Shown here: positions 34,463 through 46,696 of the stretch, one piece after another
Numbering within the stretch: position 1 is the first letter of the stretch
Layout: the number at the start of each line of letters is the position of its first letter
Assembly: GCF_963921235.1 (NCBI RefSeq)
Contig: NC_086097.1
Location: 233,246,001-233,310,000 of the forward strand
DNA length: 64,000 nt
Source of the DNA: Mobula hypostoma
Lineage: Eukaryota
Direction: 5' to 3'
Notes under the pieces: model-generated
Databases searched by the model: none
The model's input: the letters and a program-made list of their open reading frames with translations, nothing else
Told to the model about the DNA's origin: nothing
Program-made: the position numbers and the translations under genes

Positions 34463-35967
34463 TCAGCTAAACTCTAATACACTCTTCAGTATCAGTGACT
34501 GACACGCTCCCGTGTCTCTCCAGATCCGCACAGGAACTGGCTTTAACCTCTCCTTCACTGACACCAATCCAGACGAGATAAACCTCTCGCGCCCTTCCTG
34601 AACTTTGGCAGACCTGTCCTTCCCTAGCGGTTCGCTTAACAGCTCGATACAGCCAGTCAAAATTGCCGTTTTTCCTTTTCCCGTCTCCTTCTTTGGGGCA
34701 AAGCACCTGGACGCAAAGTGTCCGGCTTTCTCACAATTATAACAGACGACCCCAGGGGACTTCCTGCCAGACTGCTCCCGGTCTACCTTATCCTTCTCGC
34801 TAGTCCCCGGCTTACTTTCTAACTTTTCCGGCGGACTCTCCCCGCCGTCCTGACTACCCTTCTGGTAGCTTTTACTCGGGGAAAACTTCATTTCATGTGT
34901 CAACGCATACTCATCTGCCAACTTAGCAGTTGCGGCTAACGTGGCTGCCTCTTTCTCATCGAGGTAGGGTCTCATACCCTCAGGGACACAACCTTTAAAC
35001 TGCTCAATCAGGATCAGCTGTAGCAGTCTGTCATAATCCCCCTCTACCTCCTTTGAGGCGCACCAATGCTCACAATATGTCTGCATCTCACGGGCAAACT
35101 CCAAATACGTGCGGTCCCACTGCTTCCTCGCATTCCGGAACCTCTGCCGGTATGCCTCCGGGACCAACTCATAAATCCTGAGGATGGCCTCTTTCACCAC
35201 CTCATACCTCTGGGCATCTTCCACGGACAAAGCTGAGTAAGCTTCTTGGGCTTTCCCTTTCAGTACACTCTGAAGTAAAACAATCCACTTATCCCTCTGT
35301 CAGTCCTGACTTATAGCCACTTTTTCAAAGTGGAGGAAGTACCGATCCACATCGGTATCATCAAATGGGGGAACCAGCCTAACCTCCTGGGCCGCCCGGA
35401 ACCCTCCACCTTAGTTCGGCACGAGCCCCTGCTCAGCCCTTATCTTTAACTTCTCCAGCTCAAATTCTCTTTCCCTCTGCTTCTCCAACTGCTGCAACTG
35501 TCTTTCTCTCTCTTTCTCTTCTCTCTCCAACTGTCTCTCTCTCTCTCTCTCTCCTGCCTTTCTAACTCTTTCTCTTTCTCCCGCCTTTCTAACCCTTTCT
35601 CTTTCTCCCGGCTTTCTATCATTTTCTCTTTCTCCCGCCTTTCTAACTCTCTCTCCTGACTTTCTAACTGTTTTTCTTCGTGTTCTAACTGCCGTACCCG
35701 GAACTCGTGCTCGAGTCTCAGTTTTTCAAGCTGTACCTGTACCGCGTCTCCAGCAGGTTTTTCAATAGACACCACCCCCAGCTTGCCTTGGGGAAACACA
35801 CCCTTAGATACATAGTGCTCTACGATAGCTCTGTGTATCTCCTCTCTCCTCATTGTCGACTTCCCCTTAGCAAGATTCAACCGTTTGGCCACAGCTACCA
35901 ATTCCGATTTCCTGGCATCCTCTAATGCCTCCAAGGTCAGCGCCTTTATAAATTCCTCAGCCTCCAT
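34463..35967 (-). pseudogene. gag-protease with SCAN-like capsid domain and zinc knuckle (frameshifted)
   Basis: YELVPEAYRQRFR...LILIEQFKGCVP (SCAN-like), CYNCEKAGHFASRC, RDTGACQSLI. N-terminal coiled-coil ORF at 35446-35967. Confidence 0.85.
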
Positions 35968-36043
35968 TTCTGCTGTTTGTCTTTTCTTTCTTTCGGGAAT
36001 TTTAACCCAATCAATTTACTCCGTCCCAAATTTAGCGTTCAAA

Positions 36044-36061
36044 ATCCCGGATGAGCCCCCA
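36044..36061 (-). other. Primer binding site, tRNA-Pro
   Basis: TGGGGGCTCATCCGGGAT, 17/18 match to the tRNA-Pro PBS TGGGGGCTCGTCCGGGAT, 4 nt from the LTR. Confidence 0.9.
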
Positions 36062-36065
36062 CTTA

Positions 36066-36942
36066 TGTTACGTACCCAACTGGGTTGCCAAACCAGCAGA
36101 AATGGATCACTCAGTTGGAGTCTGGGTTACTAGAACTAAGAAAGTTTTATTAAAGAAACAAGCAACACAGTAATCGAAAGGATAATAAATGCAACAGTTC
36201 AGCAATGATAAACACACATGTGCACAGAATTAAGATAATAGCATCAATCAAGCTCTATCGTTGTCTAGGGGTAAATGACCAATTTCAAAGTGACACAAAA
36301 GTCCAGTTCGATTTAGTTCAGTTTGCAGTAATCGTTGCAATGGCGATGGACAACGTGGGGGTAGGGAGAGAGAGAATGAGAACGACTGATCATTCAGAAA
36401 CGGCTTCCACTCACAGACCTGCGCTATTGCTCACAAGCAGCTTTCGGGCGAGTCCTTTGTGATGTCACCTGAGGTCACTGACTGTGACCCCTCCTCCAGA
36501 TGCGGTCAATCCTCTGCAGTGAACCCGGCACCCAAGCGAGGGTGGACACACACCGGGTTCCCGCTGATCGTACCTTTCCACCCTGGGCGTTTAAGGCTGA
36601 TCCCCCGATCAGCCGTCCAAGAGCTTCCCACCGACTCGTGAGAGGCGCACCGCTTCCAGGGTCTCGTTACCTCGAGTGTCGTGTGTGTCCTGCCTTAGCG
36701 AACCTGTCCCTTTTTATCCCCCTGCTGGGGTATCGCCTGTCCATCACTTCAAACAATTCAGGATTCAAAGAGGGAGCCGCTCCAGATAGGTCTCTCTCCC
36801 GTCCCTTCATTACACATCTCCAGATGCTGCTTCATTGTTCCTTATCTCTCCTTCCCCTGAAGACAGGTGGCAGACCACTGCTGATGCCACTGATGCTAGC
36901 CCAGGCCAGCAAACATCTTAATTTATGTGTATTCTCGTCAGA
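36066..36942 (-). repeat. 5' LTR (877 bp)
   Basis: Homologous to 31758-32792 but has a single copy of the 92-bp unit. Confidence 0.92.
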
Positions 36943-37684
36943 ATATCAAGATTTGTTCAAGTGGCAAATTGTAGATTTGCCAATTGCAGTCAGCTGACTA
37001 ACGGATGTCATTTCACCAGGATTAAATCCTCCCATAAATAACATCACTTTATGCACATACAATTACTCTATGTACTGTATTATAGGCTAATCTTATGTAT
37101 TGATATGATTTTTACTGTGCTGTTTATTGAACCTTGAAACTTGAATGTTTGCTAACATAATAACGATAGTGAAAAACAATAAGTGAGAAGGAAATAAAAT
37201 CTCACAGAAATATTCCTCTTTGCCAAATGCAATATCATTATTTTAGAACCTGCTGCAGTTTCTGCTCGCTAACACGTGCTCTGTAATTCAGAAGTCATCA
37301 ATATTCTGTTCACGAGTTAGAGCAAAGAGAATCTAAATGGACAAATATATAACAGCCATTATGCTGCCAAATTCCTTATTAATTTAGAATGACTCTAACC
37401 TCTCCTGTATTGTCCTAATCATTATAAATTAAAGCTTTTGACTGTTCTCAGGTGCTATCATTTATACTGTATGTCTTTGAGAGAAAAAAAGGACATGGAG
37501 AGATGCCAAACTGTAATACGCATGAATAAAATAAATAAATGCATCTAATTTCCACAGCGACAATTTGAAAATAAACACGTGAACAATTTTAACTGTTGTA
37601 ACCAGGTTAGATTCATAACTTGATTATTAGTTCAAAAAGTTGTAAAACCAGTGACTCTTTCTCTGCACTGCTAAAATGAAAAAT

Positions 37685-38230
37685 CTACAGTGTGGTCTAA
37701 CCAGTGCCTGATAAAGCCCAACGTTACATCCTTGTTTTAATATTCCAGTTCTCTCAAAATGTATGCTAACATTATTTGCCTTTGTCACTACCTACTCAAC
37801 TTGCAAGTTAGGCTTAGAGGCCGCACAAGGACTCCCAGGTCTCTTGGCGCGACAGATTTTTGAATTTTCTCTCCATTTAGAAAATAATCAATCCCTTTAT
37901 TTCTTCTAACAAAGTGCGAGACCATACACTTCCAGACACTGTATTCCATCTGCCACTTTGCCTATTCTTCTAATCTGTCCTTTTGCAGATCCTATGCTTC
38001 CCTCAACATTACCTGCCCCTCCACATATTGTTGTATCATCCGCAAACTTGGCCACAAAGCCATCAATTCTGTTATCCAGATCACAGACATCTAACATGAT
38101 GAGAAGCAGTCTCACACTGACCACTGTGGAGCATCAATAGTTACTGGCAGCCAATGAAAATCGCCCCCCTTTATTCCTCTTTATTGCCTCCTGCCGGTCG
38201 TCCTATCTTCTATCCATGTTAGTATCATTC
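37685..38230 (-). mobile_element. Decayed CR1 RT fragment
   Basis: DLDNRIDGFVAKFADDT in ORF 37906-38124. Confidence 0.75.
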
Positions 38231-38514
38231 TGATTGTGATTCTGATTATGATTCTGATCAACGTTCAGAATCAAAGTTTCTTGCCATCCATATGCATTTG
38301 TTATCTTGAATTCAGCTTATTTTTATTTATATTTGGACACTTGTGTGCTCCTGATGGATCCTAAACTGCAGGTGGGTGAAGAAAGTTGTTGGAAAATGCT
38401 GCCAGGCAGCATTGTCAAAATGATTCTGGTTGAGAACTGAGAGTGCACGATGGGAATAAGTAACTAGTAGTCTGCTGGCATGGATTTGTCTTGCATTTTG
38501 TGCACATCCTCATT

Positions 38515-38880
38515 TGTTCATTCATTATGTTTAAGGTGTTGTATGACGCTGGCGATCACAGTCCTTCCATGACCATGATTGTCTTGGCAAATTTTATCAA
38601 TAGAAGTGGTTTGCCATTGCCTTCTTCTGGACAGTGTCTTTATGGTCAATATACTCTTCAGAGACTGTCTGCCTGGTGTCAGTGGTTGTATAACCAGGAC
38701 TTGTGATGTGCACCAGCTGCTCATATGATCATCCACCACCTGCTTCTCCACATGACTCTGATCAGTGGGGCTAAGCAGATGCTACACCTTGCCCAAGGGT
38801 TACCTGGAGGCTAGCAGAGGGAAGGAGTGTCTTATACCCCCTTTGTTAGAGATGTATCTCCACACTGTCACCCCATCCAC
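38515..38880 (-). mobile_element. Short retroelement with Bov-A/Sauria-like RTE tail
   Basis: GAAGAAGGCAATGGCAAACCACTTC on the minus strand. Sister copy at 55050-55425. Confidence 0.6.
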
Positions 38881-40564
38881 GTCTTACCAATGTATCTTTC
38901 CTTGCTGTGGTGTTGACTTTGCACTGGAAGAGGATGGCTAGGAACAAAGGTCGTTCTGGAACACAATTGCTCAACGTCTCACTCGTGAGCATAATGTTGG
39001 GAAGTGGATCTTTACACCTTTGCTTATAATTGAGAAAATAATATTGATTGGACATGTCCTACATTTTCTGGGAAGGTTGTACCTGTTCAATTCTCTGCAA
39101 TGCCAAGAAAATAGTATTGTTTTACCCATACAAATGCAGCTTGGTTAGAGACATGGCTATTTATGAAGATAGGATTTAGGCACTACAAAAACAGGATTTT
39201 GTAAACACAAGAGATATGACAGATGCTGGAAATCCGGAGAAGCTCACACAAAATGCTGGAGGAACTCAGCAAGTCAGGCAGCATCTACAGAAAGGAATAA
39301 AAAGTTGACATTTTGGGCCGACACCCTTCATTACGACTCTGAGGAGGACAACACACTCTTGAGGATGTTGTTCTGTCTGCTTCTCTCAACGATTTTCCTT
39401 GGTCATGTAGAAAAATTATACAGTTGAGTCAGATGTAGTTTCTGTGATGGTGGGATGAACCAAACGGTATTTTCAAGTTCTATTTCTCTCATTTATTCTT
39501 AATGAAGCTGACAAGATAACATGAGACATTAATTGTTAACATTATAGATCCAGCAGCCAAGTGTAGCTTGCATTTCATATTGGATATTATCTTCAAGAGT
39601 TTGATCTCATAGTACTTTGATCCTGGACTAAAGAACAAAGAACAATGGGGGAAGAATAAAAATATAGAAAATTATACATTTTGTCAGGAAATTCTGACAT
39701 GAAAAGCAATTTGACAAGCTGCAATTACAGTATCTCTCTAGAACAGAAAAGGTTAAGGGGATATTTATTTTGGAGATATTTCAATTATTTTAATAACAGT
39801 AATGAAGACATTAATAATCCGTACCCTAAGGCAGCCTGGTTGCTATCCAAGAATTTTATAAGGGAAAAGGCCAGTTGATTGGCAATATCATAACGATACC
39901 TTCCACACTTCCCCTGAGTCAGGATCTTTTAGATTAGAAAACTGTGCATAACCCGTGTTAATTAAGAAACATAATGGAGAGAATCCAGAAAATTATATCC
40001 ACTTCATTTAACTTCAATCATCAGGAAATTACTCAGTCCATAATTAATGATAAAGTGAATGAACATGCCAAGAATTTTCAGTTGGCCTTGTTAAGGAATG
40101 GTATTTGTAACAATGATGATCGAGTGGTGTTAAAATAATACTTGAGTAATTGGAGTGGAAATGTCTACAGACGTTATTTATAAGGACTTTCAGAGACATT
40201 TAATGAAGTTTCTGTTTAGAGACAGTTAGGTAATAATGTAGTTAAATATGGTTAGCCAAATGGTTAAGTGAGGGAGGCAGAGAGTAGAGACAGGGAGGTA
40301 CATAACATTCTGAAGAAGGGTCTGCACGAAACGTTGACTCTCTGTTCATTTCCATAGATGCTGCCTCACCTGCTGAGTTCCTCCAGCATTTTGGTTGCTT
40401 TTTACTTCCAGCAGACTTTCTCATGAAGGTGGCAAGATGTGATTGCTATGCTTTACATGAATGGGTGTCAGATCGCAACTTTTTATTACATTTATTAATT
40501 ATTGTGATGTTTAGTTAGGAAGCCAGCTGGTTAGGCTGGCCAGCACTTACTGCTGTAGAAGAAT

Positions 40565-42190
40565 GAGAATCAGGTTTATTATCACCGGCATGTGACATGA
40601 AACTTGTCTTTGCAGCAGCAGTATAATGCCATACATGATAAGGGAAAAAAAATAAATGAATTACAGTAAGTATATATGTATATTAAATTGTAAAATTGAA
40701 AATAGCAGTGCAAAAACATAAATAAAAAAAAGTATTGAAGTAGTGTACATGGGTTCAATGTCCATTTTGAAATCGGATGGCAGAGTGCAAGAACCTGTTT
40801 CTGAATCCCTAAGGTGTGCCTTTAGACTTCTGTACCTCCTTCCTGAGGTAACAATGAGGAGAGGGCATGTCCTGGGTGATGGGGGTCCTTAATAATGAAC
40901 GGCACCTTTCCGAGGCATCACTCGATGAAGATTTCTTGGTTACTACGGAGGCTAGTACCCATGTTGGAGCTGACTAATTTCACAACTTTCTGTAGCGTCC
41001 TTCGATCCTGTGCAGTAGCATTCCCCCCTCCCCCAATATCAGACAGTGATGCAGTCTGGTAGAATGCTCTCCACTGTACACCTGTCAATGTTTTCATGTG
41101 CTTTAGGTGGCAAACCAAATTTCCTCAAACTCTTAATGAAATATAGCCACTGTATTGCCTTCTTTATAGCTTCATCGAAATGTTGGAACCAGGTTAGATC
41201 CTCAGCAATCTTGACACCCGGGAACTTGAAATTGCTCACTCTCTCCACTTCTGATCCCTCGATGAGGATTGGTTCATATTCCCTCATCTTACCCTTTCAG
41301 AAGTTCACAATCAGCTCTTTGATTGCTGTGACACTACTCAACTAGCCAGTATATCTTGCCCTCTCATCTCCATCTGAGACTCTGCCTATAGATGGCATTT
41401 GACCTGTGCCTAGCCACACAGTTATGAGTATAAAGAGAGGAGAGCAGTGAGCGAAGCACACATTCCTGAAGTGCCCCAGTGTTGATTGTCAGGGAGGAGG
41501 AGATGTTATTTCCAACCTGTACAGTTTGTGATCTTAGGGTTAGAAAGTTGAGGATCCAATTGCAGAGGGAGGTACAGAGACCCAGGTTTAGTAGATTTTT
41601 GAACAGGACAGTAGGAATGATGGTGTTAAATGCTGAGCTATAGTCAATGAACAGCATTCTGACATAGGTGTTTGTATTGTCCAAGAGAGCCAAGGCTGCA
41701 TAGAGAGCCATTGAGATTACATCCGCCACAGGCCTATTGTGGTGATAGGCAAATTGCAGTGAGACCAAGACTTTACTGAGACAGGAATTGATTCTAGCCA
41801 TGACCAACCTCTCAAAGCATTTCATCACTGTAGATGTGAGTGCAACTAGACAATGGTCACTGAGGCAGCTCACCTTGCTGTACTTGGGCACTGGTTTAAT
41901 TCCTTTTAGAAGCAAGCAGAAACTTCCGACCATAGCAGTGAGAGATTGAAGATGTCTTTGAATCCATCCCCCAGTTGTTTGGCACAAATATTCAGAGCCT
42001 TACTCTGTATTCTGTCAGGGTTTGTTGCCTTATGAGGGTTCACCCTCTTAAAAGATAGCCTGATGTCGGCCTCTGGGAGAGATCACAGGGTCACTGGGTG
42101 CAGAAGGGATCCTCACAGCTGTAGTTTTATTCTCCCTTTCAAAGTGGGCATAAAAGGTGTTAAACTTGTCTGGTCGTGAAGCATCACTGA
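40565..42190 (-). mobile_element. Rex1/Babar-like LINE, decayed RT and 3' end
   Basis: VALTSTVMKCFERLV, LQFAY, YVRMLFIDYSSAFNTIIP in ORF 41364-41987. Confidence 0.85.
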
Positions 42191-42362
42191 CATTCCCTTT
42201 TGCATCCAATTTTAATGGCTTTTTTTTAAAATTGAAAGTTGTGTGGAAAACCACGGGAGCCTGCTTATGATCATCAGTCAGTCTCTTTTGCTGTTTGCCT
42301 GGGAATACAGTTTTGCTTTGAAGCTGCTAATATAGCTCATCTTCTGGTCCTGATGCCAGTAG

Positions 42363-42970
42363 ATGATCTCTGTCCGCCAGAGAGAGCAGGATCTCCCAGT
42401 GGTCACACATTTTAATTTCACATCCCATTCCCATTCTGATATGTCTATCCTCAGCCTCCCCTACTGTAAAGATGAAGCCACACTCAGGTTGGAGGAACAA
42501 CACCTTATATTCCATCTGGTCTAACTTCCACTAATGCCCCACCTCCCCCTCGTACCCCATCCGTTATTTATTTATATACACACATTCTTTCTCTCTCTCT
42601 CCTTTTTCTCCATTTGTCCCTCTGACTACACCCCTTGACCATCCTCTAGGTTTTTCCCCCCCTCCCCCTTTTCCTTCTCCCTGGGCCTCCTGTCCCATGA
42701 TCCTCTCATATTCCTTTGCCAATCACCTGTCCAGCTCTTGGCTCCATCCCTCCCCCTCCTGTCTTCTCCTATCATTTCGGATCTCCCCCTCCCCCTCCAA
42801 CTTTCAAATCCCTTACTCACTCTTCCTTCAGTTAGTCCTGACGAAGGGTCTCGGCCTGAAACGTCGACTGCACCTCTTCCTACAGATGCTGCCTGGCCCG
42901 CTGCGTTCACCAGCAACTTTGATGTGTGTTGCTTGAATTTCCAGCATCTGCAGAGTTCGTCATGTTTGCA
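42363..42970 (+). mobile_element. Penelope-like element 3' fragment
   Basis: DLPVVTHFN...LRLEEQHLIFHL remnant plus pseudo-LTR. Homologous to 20060-20685. Confidence 0.85.
42834..42870 (+). ncRNA. Minimal type I hammerhead ribozyme motif (Penelope-associated)
   Basis: AGTC-CTGACGA-AGGGTCTCGGCCT-GAAA-CGTC-GACT: core boxes, stem I AGTC/GACT, stem II hairpin, palindromic ACGT in place of stem III. Confidence 0.6.
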
Positions 42971-43159
42971 CCAGTAGATGATCCTCACTCTCAGCAGTCC
43001 AGAATAAACAATCAACATTTTGGGCCATGACACTTCATCAAGACTTGCTCAAGATGTCTATTCTGTTTATCCTTCTCCATAGATGCTGGATGACCTGAAG
43101 AATACGATATCCCTGAAATCTCAGCCAGTTTTATCTCTAGGGTTCTTGCTGAATAGTTC

Positions 43160-43473
43160 CATTTAATATCAGAGAATGTATACAATATACAAGCTGAAAT
43201 TCTTGTTCTTCACAGACATCCATGAAAACAGAAGAGTGCTCCGACAAATGAGTGACAGTAAAAATGTTAGAACCCCAAAGATTCCCTTTCTACCCCAACA
43301 CACAAGCAGCAGCAAAACAATGACACTCCCCTCCCTCATTTACTTCAGCAAAAAAAAGCATCAGCACCCTCCGCCCACAAAGCAAGCAATAGCAAAGCCC
43401 CCCAAGAAAGACCATGTTCTACAGTACAACAAAAACTAATCATTCATCTGACAATTTGACAAATCTCTCCCTC

Positions 43474-43504
<31 letters not shown>

Positions 43505-43760
43505 CATATTACTAAAGGGACAGAGAGGTGTCCCTCTTTCTCAGCGAGAGGGGAGATCAACAGAGACAAACAACTCCCTGATTTATGGTGTTAAAGTCCG
43601 CTGCGTCACTTTTACCCTCGAGTTCTCCGATTCAAGAATTGGCAACAAACTCATCCCCCACCAGCAAGAGAAAGAGCACACGATTCACTGACTATAGAGC
43701 CCCCAAAAGCTGATCTGCTGTTTCCGATGTTCCATTTTTTTCTGCAACACTTGACTGGAT
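43160..43760 (-). repeat. Unclassified non-autonomous interspersed repeat with (CT)n tract
   Basis: LINE-like 3' end near 43160, resembling the insert at 27320-27585. Confidence 0.35.
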
Positions 43761-44959
43761 TTGGAAACTGAAAATCTTGCTTAAAAAGCTCCAACGCTGA
43801 ACTCGCTCTGGGTTAAAACAGAAGTAGGAACATTGAGATTTAGTGCGAAGAAGAATGGGAATTAGGTAATTTATGTTTTGCTTTTAATTCAATGAGTTTA
43901 CTTAAAAAATTATTCCATAAAGGATTCCTCTGTGATTTGCGATTTTCATTTACAGTTTTTAATGGAAACTAATGTCTAGAATGAATATAGATTGTAGAAC
44001 ATTTGACCCAAAGGAGAAGTCCAAGCAGTTACTATGCGTATTCAAAAAATAAGAGTTTTGGATATCAGGCAATCGTGGGAATTGATGTTAGCACAACAGA
44101 TGTAGAGTATCAGCAATAATCATATCAATTAAGAGAACAGTTGTCAAGGGCCAAGTAGCCTATTCCCAGTTCTATTTCTCATAATTCTAAATGAGACTAA
44201 ACCTACATTGTCCATGGACATTGCATCCTACCCATGATCTCTTGCAGGATTTATAATCTCTTGCAAGACATCTTCTAGAATTTTATTTACCCCTTATTCC
44301 CACACCTAAATGACATTGAAATTATTCAACCCTTTCTCAACACTGACCTCAGTCAGACCTGTCACTGAACTAAGATAAACATGCTCAAAATGCTGGAGGA
44401 ACTCAGCAGGCCAGGGAGCATTGAGGGAAAAAAGTACAGTCGACGTTTTGGTCCATAGATGCTGCCTGGCCTGCTGAATTCCTCCAGCATTTTGTGTGTG
44501 TTACTCGAATTTCCAGTATCTGCACATTTTTTCATTTATTCACTGAACTAAGATGGTCTTTTTGAAAATTAAGCTTCTACTGACTCAGTTAATACTCTCC
44601 ACATTGCACCCAACTTTGACCTCATCTTAACGAGATGGAAGCCCTGCTCATAACTACATCACACCTTTTCCCAGGCTAGCTGCAGAATAAAAGAGCCACT
44701 GGAGAAAAGGCCTTTATGAAAGACACCTTCTGTGGAAAATTGCATGGGTATTTTGTACTGCTGTGAGGAAGGTTGGATGGCAGAGCCACAAACATAAACT
44801 GTATCAGTGTCCTCTTTCATATAATTTTCACATGCCTTTCAAAGTGCAGCAACGTTTCTTGGCCATCTCCTCCATGTCTACCCTTTTGAATCCTTTCATG
44901 AAGACTATTCAAACTCTACTTCAGGACCTGTTGATTATGTGAGGTCACACATTCTTTCA

Positions 44960-45655
44960 TGTTTTGAGGCTCCTGGAGGTCTGGCTGGCAGGTGCTGAGA
45001 AGACAGTGATTGCAAGTTGGCAGGTCCCTGTCCCAGGTTTAAAATCTGTGTCGGTGGTGAGTGCTGGGTCCTGGTGGGAGTCACGAGGGCCAGTAACAAT
45101 GTCACCAAGGTTGGAGGTCCGTGAAAGTCTGGAAGTCGAGGCCTGAAGGTGAAAACATGATTGGTGAAACCTGGGGTTGGTACCAATCATTGATGAAGTC
45201 CAGAGCGCAAAGCCAAAGGTCAAAGTCCAGAGCACTGCAAGCCTGGAGGGAGCTGTTACAAGGGCCCAGGTCAATGGGGTCAGAGGTCCCTGTGAGCCCA
45301 ACGGTCATACCTGTTATCGGCGAGTTCTGGGGCAATGTCCAAAGCCAGAGGCTCAGTATCTGCAATTTTAAGGGTCTGGGGTTAGCAGACCCTCTGTGTG
45401 AGCGAGGGGGTTGGTAAGTGGGAGGGAGTATGGGAAAAAGGCTTGTTTCAGTGTTGTGATTTCGTTTGATTTTGTTGTTGCTGTTGCTTGTGTTGTTCTG
45501 TTGCTATGGTGACACTGGAATGAGTGGTGACAGGGGACACTTGCGAACCCACTACAGTACTTCCTTTATCTTTGTCATGTCGATTTGAAAACGCCAGTGA
45601 CGCATTTCACTGTATGTTTCAATGTACATGTGATAAATAAATCTGAATCCAAATC
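44960..45655 (+). repeat. Unclassified non-autonomous retroelement
   Basis: 3' end CATTTCACTGTATGTTTCAATGTACATGTGATAAATAAATCTGAATC is shared with ~23320-23470. Confidence 0.45.
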
Positions 45656-45971
45656 TCTTTGATGTATTCACTTCCTGACCTATTACATCTATATTTTGAC
45701 TGGATGGTGAAGATAGTTAAATTATATTATTGATCTCACATTCAATCACTTGGTAAGGAGGGACAAGCTGGAAAATAATCTTTTGGCACATTTGGATTTG
45801 TCGCAGTCATCCAACAAAAGGGTCGGCATCATATGTCTTGCTCAGTAATAATAAAGGGTCTGAGTAGAATTGGGTAATCACCACTTCTCTTTCATAAAAT
45901 GTGCAGTTTCAGAAAAACTGTAAAGCAGGTAAAAAAAAAATATAAAATGCACACACACACACACACACACA

Positions 45972-46397
45972 CTGATAAGTTTGTGGATGAGGAGAAACTT
46001 CAAACTTTCTGCATTTTCACTCAAAGAGTTGAACTGCACGTGCATGTAACGAGAGCTGTATATCTCATCTCCTTCTACCTCAGGCCACAAACTTATTAAT
46101 CACCCCTGCTGTGGAGCACCTGGCAGTCCAAGACGCTCTCATTACATGCACGTGCAGTTCAACTCTTCGAGAGATAATGCAGAAAGCTTGAAGTTAGTAA
46201 CTCATCTCCTTCTAGGCCACGAACTTATCAATCACCCCTGCTGTGGACACTTTCTGGAGGTCCAAGATCCGTATGCTCCACAATCGCTGGACTAAGTGTG
46301 TACATGTAGGAGGGGATTATTTTGAAAAATATAAATTCTAGCTTTTCTAAAATTGACTCCTTCTACCTTAGGCCACCAACTTATCAATCACCCCTCG
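45972..46397. mobile_element. Second copy of the mariner-derived MITE, left end lost
   Basis: Ends AACTTATCAATCACCCCTCG then TA. Three internal copies of the TIR core. Preceded by (CA)n at 45950-45972. Confidence 0.8.
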
Positions 46398-46696
46398 TAC
46401 ATATTGCACCAGCTTGCCCTTTCCCTTTGATTAATTCCAGTTGAATTATTGCTCAGCAATTGATACAACCCTATGGCAAAGAGAGTTCAGGGCAGTTGTA
46501 ATCTTCACAGTCAGAGCCAAATCTGGTTGGATCACTTGGTCTCAAATCAACTAATCTTATCTGATCAAGTTCAGTAGTTACCCTCTGACATATTTGCAGC
46601 CTCTTTTCATAATGCACCTTCACTTGTCTACGATCTCAGTGAAAGCATTCAAATGACGATGCCTCAGAAAGGCCCATCCATCATTATGCAATGCTC

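Larger units (their letters stand above)
31758..36942 (-). mobile_element. Gmr1-like Ty3/Gypsy LTR retrotransposon, two LTRs, internally deleted pol
   Basis: LTRs at 31758-32792 and 36066-36942, ATAT TSD (31754-31757 / 36943-36946), PBS and PPT present, gag with SCAN-like domain and CCHC knuckle, DTG protease. Confidence 0.92.

Noticed and set aside
35480..35700. E/R/K-rich coiled-coil as a host gene
   Set aside because: Low-complexity repeat region of the Gypsy gag, between the LTRs.
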